Assembly (NCBI GenBank): GCA_043804695.1
Contig: JAZDIV010000063.1
Span: 1 to 39,823, forward strand
Reading direction: 5' to 3'
Length of the DNA stretch: 39,823 bases
From: PVC group bacterium
GTDB lineage: Bacteria > Auribacterota > Erginobacteria > Erginobacterales > Erginobacteraceae
Shown: piece after piece, positions 9,765 to 17,718 of the stretch
Position numbering within the stretch: the first letter of the stretch is position 1
How the letters are laid out: each line of letters begins with the position of its first letter
Translations under genes and position numbers: made by a program
The notes under the pieces: generated by a model
The model's input: the letters and a program-made list of their open reading frames with translations, nothing else
Databases searched by the model: none
Told to the model about the DNA's origin: nothing

Positions 9765-11113
9765 ATGGCATTGACCGGACTTGACATCTACAAGCTGCTG
9801 CCGAAGACCAACTGCGGGGACTGCGGTTCTCCCACCTGCCTCGCCTTCGCAATGAAGCTGGCCTCCAAACAGGCCTTGCTCGACAGCTGCCCTCACGTCA
9901 GCGAAGAGGCGAAAGCCGCCCTGGGAAGCGCTTCCCAGCCTCCCATCCGGCTGGTGAAGATCGGGACGGGAGACTCTGAAATCGAACTGGGGAACGAGAC
10001 GGTCCTCTTCCGCCACGAGGAGACATTTTACCACCAGACGGCCGTGGCGATCCGGGTCCGGGAAAAAGATCCGGATATCGAATCCCGGCTGGAGGAGATC
10101 GGCAAGCTGCGTTTCGTCCGGGTGGGGGAGGACATCCGCGTCAACCTGCTGGCCCTGGCGGAAGAGTCGGGGAAACCGGAGGAGTACGCCGGTTTCGTGG
10201 AGCACTGCCGCGCCCGCACCCGCCTGGGAATGATCCTGATCAGCGGTTCTCCCGCCTGCCTGAAGGCGGCGCTGGAGAAGGAAAAAGAGCAAAAACCGCT
10301 CCTCTGGGCGGCGACGGCGGATAACCTGGAGGAGTACGCCGTCCTGGCCCGCACCTATTCCTGCCCCCTCGTCGTCAGGGGAAATGGGCTGGGGGAGACA
10401 GCGGATCTGGCCGCCCGGGCCCGGGAGAAGGGCGTGGAAGACCTGGTCCTGGACAGCTCCCCCCCCGGTCTCCGGGAAGCGCTGGCCGACCAGGTGAGCA
10501 TCAGGAGACAGGCGCTTAAAAAACAGTTCCGGCCGCTCGGCTATCCGACCATCGCTTTCACCGATCCCGCGGCCGACCCCTTCACCCAGACGATGGAGGC
10601 GGCCGTCCTGATCGCCAAGTACGCCGCGATCATAGTCACCGACCTCACCCGGCCCGAGTACATCCTCCCGCTCCTCACCGCCCGGCAGAATATCTACACC
10701 AATCCCCAGAAACCGATCCAGGTGGAGCCGAAGATCTACCCGGTGGGAAGCCCCGATCGCTCATCCCCGCTGATCGTGACCACCAACTTCTCCCTCACCT
10801 ACTTCACCGTCGAGGGCGAGGTGGAAGCCAGCCGCGTCCCCGCCTACCTCCTGATCGTCGACACCGAGGGGACATCGGTCCTGACCGCCTGGGCGGCGGA
10901 CAAATTCAACGCCGAGACCATCGCCCGGGCGCTGAACGACTCCGGGATCGCGGAGCGGCTCGACCACAAGAACCTCATCCTCCCGGCTACGTGGCGGTCC
11001 TCTCCGGGAAACTGGAAGATGAATCGGGCTGGAAGGTCCTGGTCGGCCCCAAGGAAGCCTCGGGGATACCGAAGTTCTTAAAAACTACGTATAAAGAGCT
11101 ATTAAACACTTAA
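9765..11113 (+). CDS. acsC: Corrinoid iron-sulfur protein large subunit, with a 1-nt frameshift at ~10982-10984
   Basis: LPKTNCGDCGSPTCLAFA..CP, TTNFSLTYF and SVLTAWAA motifs. The conserved C-terminus GYVAVLSGKLEDESGWKVLVGPKEASGIPKFL is in the shifted frame starting at 10985 and ends at TAA 11111-11113. Confidence 0.92.
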
Positions 11114-11141
11114 GACAGATAGGGAAAATCCATAGAGCATG

Positions 11142-11224
11142 ATGGAGTAATGGAGTGATGGAGTGGTGGAGTGATGGAAGAACGCCAGCCGCGGCGCCCA
11201 ATACTCCATTACTCCACCACTCCA
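11142..11224. repeat. Octamer-based inverted repeat (TGGAGTRR)n...(YYACTCCA)n
   Basis: atggagtaatggagtgatggagtggtggagtgatgg ... ccaatactccattactccaccactcca; homologues at 13187 and 27765. Confidence 0.85.
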
Positions 11225-11231
11225 GTGCCCC

Positions 11232-13148
11232 ATGTTGTCCTATCCCATGAATCCGCATAACGTAACATTTCTACCCTCGGGTAAGAAGGTCGAGGTTGCC
11301 GACGGCACGACTGTTCTCGCGGCCGCCGCGCGGGCCGGGGTTCACATAAACTCCGTCTGCGGGGGGGAAGGGACCTGCGGTAAATGCCGGGTGATCGTCA
11401 CCGTCGGCGAGGTTACATCATCCCCCTCTGCCGGACTCAGCGAGGAGGAAGCCGGACAGGGCTATGTTCTTGCCTGCCAGGCTGACATCCATTCCAACTG
11501 TACCGTCAGGGTACCGCCTGAAAGCGCGGTCCTCCAGACCGCGGAAGGACGCCGGGAGACTTGCGACCGATTCAAGGACGCGGGGGAAGCCGACCCGGCC
11601 GGGGCCGGTTTCGCCTTCCAGCCCCTGGTCAGGAATATCTCCCTCCGCCTTCCGCCCCCTTCCCTGGAAGACCACGTGGACGACCTCTCCCGGCTGATCC
11701 GGGGGATCCGGAACAAGACCGGGATCGAGACCCCGGCCGCTCCCCTCCCGGTTTTGAAAGAACTCCCCGGGCTTCTCCGGGATTCCGGCTGGGAGCTGAC
11801 GGCCACCCTGGCCGACCGGGGCAACACGGCGGAGATCCTCCGTCTGTACCGGGGCGCCGCCGGAGAAGATACCTGCGGTGTCGCCGTCGATATCGGGACC
11901 ACGACCGTGGTGGCCCACCTGGTCGATCTCAACACCGGCCGGACCCTGGATGCCGCCGCCTCTTACAACTCCCAGATCATCTTCGGCGAAGATGTCATCA
12001 AACGGATCATCCGCTCTGAAGAAGACGGAACGGGACCCCTCGCCGACGCCGTTCGGCAGGATATCAACAGCCTGATCGAAAAACTCTGTCTCCAGACCGG
12101 GCGGGAACCGGACAGCATTTACGCCCTCATCTGCGCCGGGAACTCCACCATGATCTCCCTCTTTCTCGGGATCACGCCTCGCAATATCCGGCGGGAGCCC
12201 TACATACCGCCCCTGACCGACCCGCCGTTCCTGCGGGCCGGCGAATGCGGCATCCGGATCCGGAAGAACGCGCCTCTCTACTGTGTCCCGGGGATCGCCG
12301 GCTGGGTGGGCGGAGACATCACCGCCGGGGTGCTGGCATCGGGGCTGGACCGCTCAGACGCGCTCTCCCTCTTCATCGACATCGGCACCAACGGCGAGAT
12401 CGTGGTCGGCAACCGGGAGTGGAGGCTCGCCTGCTCTTGCTCGGCGGGACCGGCGTTTGAGGGGAGCGGGATCTCCTCCGGCAGCCGGGCGGTGGCCGGA
12501 GCGATCGATACGGTCAATGTGCAAGACACCGGGACGGTCGAGTTCCGGACGATCGGCCGCCGGACGCCGGCCGGGATCTGCGGATCGGGGCTGCTCGATT
12601 TGGTCTCCGAGCTCTTCCGGACCGGCCTCCTGGGGCGGGACGGTCGTTTCAACCCCGGCGGGCGGTCGGACCGGATCCGCCGGACGGACGGCGAGATTTC
12701 GTTTGTCGTCGTCCCCGCGGACAAGACGGCAACCGGGAGAGAGATCTCAATCAGCCAGGCGGATATCGACAACCTGATCCGGGCCAAGGCGGCCGTGTAC
12801 GCCGGCATCCTGGTGCTTCTGAAAGCGGTCGATCTCGGCCTGAACCACATTGAGAAAATCTACGTCAGCGGCGGGTTCGGGAACCACCTCAACATCGGGC
12901 GGGCGATCTGTATCGGCCTTCTCCCGGACATCTCCCGGGAGAAGATAACCTTCATCGGGAACGGGTCGGTGCGGGGGGCCAAGATGATCCTCCTCTCCCG
13001 GGAAGCGCGGAAGCAGGCCTGCCGAATCGCCTCCTCGACCACCTACTTCGAACTGAGCGCCGACCATGCTTTCATGGATGAGTATACCCGGGCCATGTTC
13101 CTGCCCCATACGGACGTGGAGAATTTTCCACGATGTAAAAAAAAATAG
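11232..13148 (+). CDS. acsV: Reductive activator of corrinoid Fe-S protein (RACo/AcsV; [2Fe-2S] plus ASKHA ATPase)
   Basis: CGGEGTCGKC..LAC, DIGTT, DIGTNGE, AGPAFEG, GICGSG, GGFG. The start could be the ATG a few codons downstream. Confidence 0.9.
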   Translation: MLSYPMNPHNVTFLPSGKKVEVADGTTVLAAAARAGVHINSVCGGEGTCGKCRVIVTVGEVTSSPSAGLSEEEAGQGYVLACQADIHSNCTVRVPPESAVLQTAEGRRETCDRFKDAGEADPAGAGFAFQPLVRNISLRLPPPSLEDHVDDLSRLIRGIRNKTGIETPAAPLPVLKELPGLLRDSGWELTATLADRGNTAEILRLYRGAAGEDTCGVAVDIGTTTVVAHLVDLNTGRTLDAAASYNSQIIFGEDVIKRIIRSEEDGTGPLADAVRQDINSLIEKLCLQTGREPDSIYALICAGNSTMISLFLGITPRNIRREPYIPPLTDPPFLRAGECGIRIRKNAPLYCVPGIAGWVGGDITAGVLASGLDRSDALSLFIDIGTNGEIVVGNREWRLACSCSAGPAFEGSGISSGSRAVAGAIDTVNVQDTGTVEFRTIGRRTPAGICGSGLLDLVSELFRTGLLGRDGRFNPGGRSDRIRRTDGEISFVVVPADKTATGREISISQADIDNLIRAKAAVYAGILVLLKAVDLGLNHIEKIYVSGGFGNHLNIGRAICIGLLPDISREKITFIGNGSVRGAKMILLSREARKQACRIASSTTYFELSADHAFMDEYTRAMFLPHTDVENFPRCKKK

Positions 13149-13186
13149 AAGATACTGTGTATTTCATGCGCGCAAAGAACGTACAA

Positions 13187-13284
13187 ATGGAGTGATGGAA
13201 TGGTGGAGTGATGGAGTAATGAGGGGCACGCCGAGCAGGCGCCCAGTACTCCATCACTCCATTACTCCATCACTCCAATACTCC
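13187..13284. repeat. Octamer-based inverted repeat (copy 2)
   Basis: Same arms and a similar acgcc...ggcgccca core as 11142-11224. Confidence 0.85.
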
Positions 13285-13356
13285 TTTTTAACTATCCGGA
13301 GATTTTTCCCTGTATGATGGTCTTTTTAATCAAACTTATTACGGAACGGATATCTC

Positions 13357-14322
13357 ATGGAAACGGTTGCTGAACACTGGGCGGCGGCAATCAACACGGT
13401 GACTATCGGCGCCACGGAGAAAGACGGGGGAACCCGGGGGTCGACCGTCACGGTCGGCGGCGAGACCGCCCTCCCCTTCCTGCACTTTGAAGGCTCCATC
13501 CCCCACCGGCCGGCGGCGGCGGTCGACGTGCTCGATTACTCCCCCGACGACTGGCCGGAAGCCCTGCGGGAACCCTACCGGGACGTGCTGGGGGAACCGG
13601 CCGCCTGGGCCGCCCTCTGCGAAAAGAAGTACCGGCCCGACCTGATCTGTCTCCGCCTGCAAAGCCTCCACCCGGACTGGGGAGACACCTCCCCCGAACA
13701 GGCCGCGGAGACGGTGAAGGCGGTGCTGGAGGCGACCACCCTCCCCCTAATCATCTGGGGATGCGACTACCCGGAGAAGGACAACCAGGCGCTTCCCCTC
13801 TGCGCCCACGCTGCCGCCGGGGAGAACTGCCTGATCGGCTTCGCCACCGAGAACAACTACAAGACGCTGGCCGCCGCCGGCCTGGCCGACAGGCACAAGA
13901 TCATCGCCCAGAGCCCGATCGACATCAACATCGCCAAGCAGGTCAACATCCTGATCTCCGAGATGGGGGTCAACCCGGCCGACATCGTCATCGATCCCAC
14001 CACGGGGGCGCTCGGGTACGGGATCGAGTACACCTACTCGATCATGGAGCGGATCCGGCTGGCCGCCCTGGCCGGCGACAGGATGATGGCAATGCCCGTC
14101 ATCTGCGACATCGGCTCCGATTCCTGGCGGACCAAGGAGGCGAAGGCGCTGAAGGAGAACTTCCCCGACTGGGGGGACGAGAAGCTGCGGGGGCCGCTCT
14201 GGGAGGCGATGACCGCGGCCGTCCTCCTCCAGGCCGGCGGGGACATCATCATTCTCAGGCACCCTCAGGCGCTGGCGAAAGTCAAAGAACAGATAAACGC
14301 GTTGATGGGGAATGGGGAATAG
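13357..14322 (+). CDS. acsD: Corrinoid iron-sulfur protein small subunit
   Basis: VGGETALPFLHFEG, SPIDINIAKQ, DPTTGALGYGIEYTYSIMERIRLAAL..D, WE..TA. Confidence 0.95.
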   Translation: METVAEHWAAAINTVTIGATEKDGGTRGSTVTVGGETALPFLHFEGSIPHRPAAAVDVLDYSPDDWPEALREPYRDVLGEPAAWAALCEKKYRPDLICLRLQSLHPDWGDTSPEQAAETVKAVLEATTLPLIIWGCDYPEKDNQALPLCAHAAAGENCLIGFATENNYKTLAAAGLADRHKIIAQSPIDINIAKQVNILISEMGVNPADIVIDPTTGALGYGIEYTYSIMERIRLAALAGDRMMAMPVICDIGSDSWRTKEAKALKENFPDWGDEKLRGPLWEAMTAAVLLQAGGDIIILRHPQALAKVKEQINALMGNGE

Positions 14323-14385
14323 AGAATTGGAAGTGGGAAAAGCATAAGCACGATTGAACATCGAACGTCCAACATCCAACGATTT

Positions 14386-14411
14386 GTAGGGGCGAACCCC
14401 TGTGTTCGCCC
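14386..14411 (+). repeat. GTAG-type REP palindrome nested in heptamer repeats
   Basis: GTAG followed by gggcgaac-ccctgt-gttcgccc; flanked by tcgaaca/ccaaca repeats. Confidence 0.7.
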
Positions 14412-14517
14412 GGATGTTTAAAGAATGAATATCGAACGTTCAACACAGCTAAATGTGTTTCAAATCTAAATTCGCGACACCCGATTTTATCGGGGTAGAC
14501 TCCGGGAGTTAATTTAT

Positions 14518-15303
14518 ATGTACATCATCAGCGAAAGAATCAACGGCATGTTCACGGCGGTGAAGAAGGCCATCGCCGCCCGGGATCAGGCGGCGATCCG
14601 GGAGATCGCGCTCCGGCAGCTGGCCGCCGGCGCCCGGGCGCTTGATGTGAACGTGGGGACCGCCGACGACAACCAGGCAGAAGCCATGGTCTGGCTGGTG
14701 GAGACCGTGCGCGGGGTCACCGACGCCACACTCTGCCTGGACAGTCCGAAGTTCGACGTCATCAAGGCCGGGGCCGAGGCCGGCCGGGATAATTTTATCA
14801 TTAACAGTACCACCGCCAGAGCCGTCGACCTGGAAAAATTTCTCCCTCTGGCTGCGAAGTGCGGAGCCGGGATAATCGCCCTCACCCTTGACGAGAACGG
14901 CGTTCCCAACTCGGTCGACGGCCGGGTGGAGATCGCGGCCCGGATCTTACTGGCCGCCCAGGAGGCGGGAATCCCCCCCGGGCGTATCTACCTCGACCCC
15001 CTCACCCTTCCCATCAACGTGGCCCAGGACCAGCCGAAGAAGATGCTGGCGGCCATCTCCCAGTTCAGGCTCCTCTCCGATCCGCCTCCCCACGTCCTGA
15101 TCGGGCTCAGCAACCTCTCCCAGGGGACAACGGAAAAATCGCTTTTGAACAGCGCCTTCCTGGCCATGGCGATGGGCGCCGGACTGGACGCGGTCATCCT
15201 CGACCCGGAGGACCGTCTGTTGATGGATATCATGATCACCGGGGAAATTCTGCTCAACAACGTTATCTATAATGACGACTATCTCAAAGCCTGGCGGGCA
15301 TAA
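14518..15303 (+). CDS. acsE: Methyltetrahydrofolate:corrinoid Fe-S protein methyltransferase
   Basis: Pterin-binding barrel motifs ISERING, LDVN, LDS, IINS, YLDP, GLSNLSQG, GLDAVILDP. Confidence 0.93.
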   Translation: MYIISERINGMFTAVKKAIAARDQAAIREIALRQLAAGARALDVNVGTADDNQAEAMVWLVETVRGVTDATLCLDSPKFDVIKAGAEAGRDNFIINSTTARAVDLEKFLPLAAKCGAGIIALTLDENGVPNSVDGRVEIAARILLAAQEAGIPPGRIYLDPLTLPINVAQDQPKKMLAAISQFRLLSDPPPHVLIGLSNLSQGTTEKSLLNSAFLAMAMGAGLDAVILDPEDRLLMDIMITGEILLNNVIYNDDYLKAWRA

Positions 15304-15469
15304 AATTTTCCTCTGGAAAATTTTAACTGCTTCTTCATTTTAAAATTTCATTTATCAAGCAGGTTTTTTTCTCTTCAATCACATTCGATCGTCTGTTTTA
15401 TTATGGGGGCGAGGGGGGGATAGTCCTGTCGTAAAATCGTCCTGTCAATAAAGGGAGCGAGGGCAGAGT

Positions 15470-16366
15470 ATGGCCGAGATAATCAACGGAGAAGAGATCG
15501 CGCAAAAGATCCGGGAAGAGATCCGGCGAGAGGTCGCGGAACTGAAGGAGAAGACCGGCTCCGTCCCCGGCCTGGCCGTCATCCTGCTGGGGGAAGACCC
15601 GGCCTCCGCGATCTATGTCCGGATGAAGGAGAAAGCCTGTAAAAAGGCCGGGATCGCCTCCTTTCCGCACCGGCTCCCCGCGGACAGCGACGGGGAGGAC
15701 CTGCTGGCGTTGATCGATCGGCTGAACCGGGACCGGCGGGTGAACGGGATCCTGGTCCAGCTCCCCCTGCCCGGCCGGATCGACGAGGCGCGCGTTCTGG
15801 AGGCTGTCCTCCCGGAGAAAGACGTGGACGGTTTTCATCCCCTCAACGTGGGCAGGCTGCTCCGGGGAGAAGAAACCTTTGTCCCCTGCACCCCCCTCGG
15901 CATCGTGGAACTCCTGAAAAGAAGCGGAAACCCGCCCGATGGCAAGCACGTGGTAGTGGTCGGGCGCTCCAACATCGTGGGCAAGCCGCTGGCCGCGCTG
16001 CTGGCTCAGAAAAAGCAGGGGGCCAACGCCACCGTGACTGTCTGCCACACCGGCACCCGGGATCTGGGCGCCATCACCCGGCAGGCTGAAATCCTGATCG
16101 TTTCGGCCGGACGACCCGGGACGATAACCGCCGACATGGTATCCCGGGGCACGGTGGTGATCGACGTCGGGGTGAACGCGGTCGGCCGAACCCGGGAGGG
16201 GAAGAGGAGGCTGATCGGCGACGTCGATTTTGACCGGGTGAAAGAGAAGGCCGGAGCCATCACCCCGGTTCCGGGGGGGGTGGGACCGATGACCATCGCG
16301 ATGCTGCTCAAAAACACCCTTCGCGCTTATAAATTGCAAAATAAATTAGCGCCCTTCGGTCGCTAA
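15470..16366 (+). CDS. folD: Bifunctional methylene-THF dehydrogenase/cyclohydrolase
   Basis: PGLAVILLG, GILVQLPLP, KDVDGFHP, PCTP, GRSNIVGKP, IDVG, TPVPGGVGPMT. Confidence 0.97.
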   Translation: MAEIINGEEIAQKIREEIRREVAELKEKTGSVPGLAVILLGEDPASAIYVRMKEKACKKAGIASFPHRLPADSDGEDLLALIDRLNRDRRVNGILVQLPLPGRIDEARVLEAVLPEKDVDGFHPLNVGRLLRGEETFVPCTPLGIVELLKRSGNPPDGKHVVVVGRSNIVGKPLAALLAQKKQGANATVTVCHTGTRDLGAITRQAEILIVSAGRPGTITADMVSRGTVVIDVGVNAVGRTREGKRRLIGDVDFDRVKEKAGAITPVPGGVGPMTIAMLLKNTLRAYKLQNKLAPFGR

Positions 16367-16433
16367 TTTAGTGACTCTTCACTTTTTTAATTTAAACCAG
16401 ATTGATACTGATTAAATAATTAGTTCAAGTCCA
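16340..16433 (-). repeat. 94-bp non-coding element (copy 2, inverted) overlapping the folD 3' end
   Basis: Reverse-complement homologue of 2966-3059; encodes the folD C-terminal NKLAPFGR and the stop codon. Confidence 0.75.
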
Positions 16434-16553
16434 CCCTTTCAATCCGTAACGGTAAGTCTTTAGTATCATAAAATAAAAGTAACAATATTATGTTGTTGCT
16501 TCTTCTTCTGTTTCGGGAGTTCAATATTTTAAGCTATGTCTTTGATTCAATTC

Positions 16554-16608
16554 CAATCCGATTTATATAAATCGGATTGACTAAAATTTTTGCTTCGCAA
16601 AAATTTTA
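16554..16608. repeat. Two adjacent palindromes (26-bp perfect CCGATTTAT-family palindrome and a GAA-triloop hairpin)
   Basis: caatccgatttatataaatcggattg (16554-16579) and taaaatttttgc-ttc-gcaaaaatttta (16582-16608). Confidence 0.7.
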
Positions 16609-16623
16609 AGAGGAAAAATTTTA

Positions 16624-17718
16624 ATGAGAGTCTATATCGGAGCCACCCGGCAGAATGACGGCAAGACCGTCGTCTCTCTGGGACTGATGCATGCCCTGGC
16701 CAGAAGAGTCACATCAGTCGGGTACATCAAGCCCGTGGGACAGCAGTTCCTGAACATCAAGGGAAAGCTGATCGACAAGGATGTCATCCTGATGAGCGGG
16801 ATCTATAACCTGAAAGACCGGTTGACCGACATGAGCCCCGTGGCCATACCGCGGGGCTTCACGGAAAAATACATCAATCACCCGGACCAGAAAAAGCTCA
16901 GGAACAAGATCATCAAAAGCTTCAACACCATCCACCGGGGCAAGGACATCGTTCTGATCGAAGGAACGGGGCATTCCGGAGTCGGATCCGTCTTCGATCT
17001 CTCCAACGCCCGGGTGGCCAAGCTCTGCCGGGCCAAGGTCATCCTGGTCAGCTTGGGCGGGGTCGGCCGGCCGATTGACGAGATCCTTCTCAATAAGGCG
17101 ATGTTTGATCAAAAAGGGGTGATGCTGTTAGGGGTGATCATTAACAAGGTGTACCAGGAAAAATACGATAAAGTCAACACCCTGGTCAGGAAAAGCCTCC
17201 GGTCAAGAGGAATCGAGGTCCTGGGCGTCATCCCCTTTAAACCCTTGCTCTCCACCCCCACTGTGGGAGAGATCCTGCGGGCGATCGGCGGGAAACTGCT
17301 CGCCGGGAAGGAGCGCTTGGGAGTGCAGGCCGGCAGATATGTCATCGGCGCGATGCCTCCTTCAGCCGCTTTCGATTATTTCAATCAGCGCTACCTGCTG
17401 ATCACGCCGGGCAACCGCGAGGACATCATCCTGGCCGCGATCAGCCATTCCCTGGCCGGCGACACGACGGAGACACTGCTGACCGGGATCATCACTACCG
17501 GCGGGATCCTTCCCCACCAGAACATCCTCGACCTGGTCAAGAAGACCGGCTTCCCGCTGATCGCGGTTAAGGACGACACCTACGCCACCACCTCCAAGAT
17601 CATCAATCTGAACTTCAAGATCAAGCCGGACGACCTGGAGAAAGCTCGGGAGATCCAAACCCTGATCGAAAAGTACGTCGATATAGACAAGATCTTCACT
17701 CTTCTCCGGCCGGATTGA
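16624..17718 (+). CDS. BioD-like P-loop plus DRTGG domain protein (N-terminal part of phosphotransacetylase, no catalytic PTA domain)
   Basis: GATRQNDGKT, YIKPVGQ, LIEGTGH, ITPGNREDI...TGG; 364 aa. Confidence 0.85.
   Translation: MRVYIGATRQNDGKTVVSLGLMHALARRVTSVGYIKPVGQQFLNIKGKLIDKDVILMSGIYNLKDRLTDMSPVAIPRGFTEKYINHPDQKKLRNKIIKSFNTIHRGKDIVLIEGTGHSGVGSVFDLSNARVAKLCRAKVILVSLGGVGRPIDEILLNKAMFDQKGVMLLGVIINKVYQEKYDKVNTLVRKSLRSRGIEVLGVIPFKPLLSTPTVGEILRAIGGKLLAGKERLGVQAGRYVIGAMPPSAAFDYFNQRYLLITPGNREDIILAAISHSLAGDTTETLLTGIITTGGILPHQNILDLVKKTGFPLIAVKDDTYATTSKIINLNFKIKPDDLEKAREIQTLIEKYVDIDKIFTLLRPD

Noticed and set aside
10975..10990. Programmed ribosomal frameshift in acsC
   Set aside because: No slippery heptamer or obvious stimulator, and no precedent known to me; an indel is simpler.
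11142..13284. Octamer repeats as a CRISPR array
   Set aside because: Units are 8 bp, adjacent, with no unique spacers, and arranged as inverted arms; no cas operon.
15304..15469. ZTP or THF riboswitch upstream of folD
   Set aside because: Conserved motifs of these aptamers were not found by eye; an Rfam scan would be decisive.
15401..16339. Long antisense and alternate-frame ORFs (e.g. 15401-16339, 3894-4919, 7265-8275, 27765-28775, 22867-23793)
   Set aside because: They are shadows of well-supported GC-rich genes and have no recognisable motifs.
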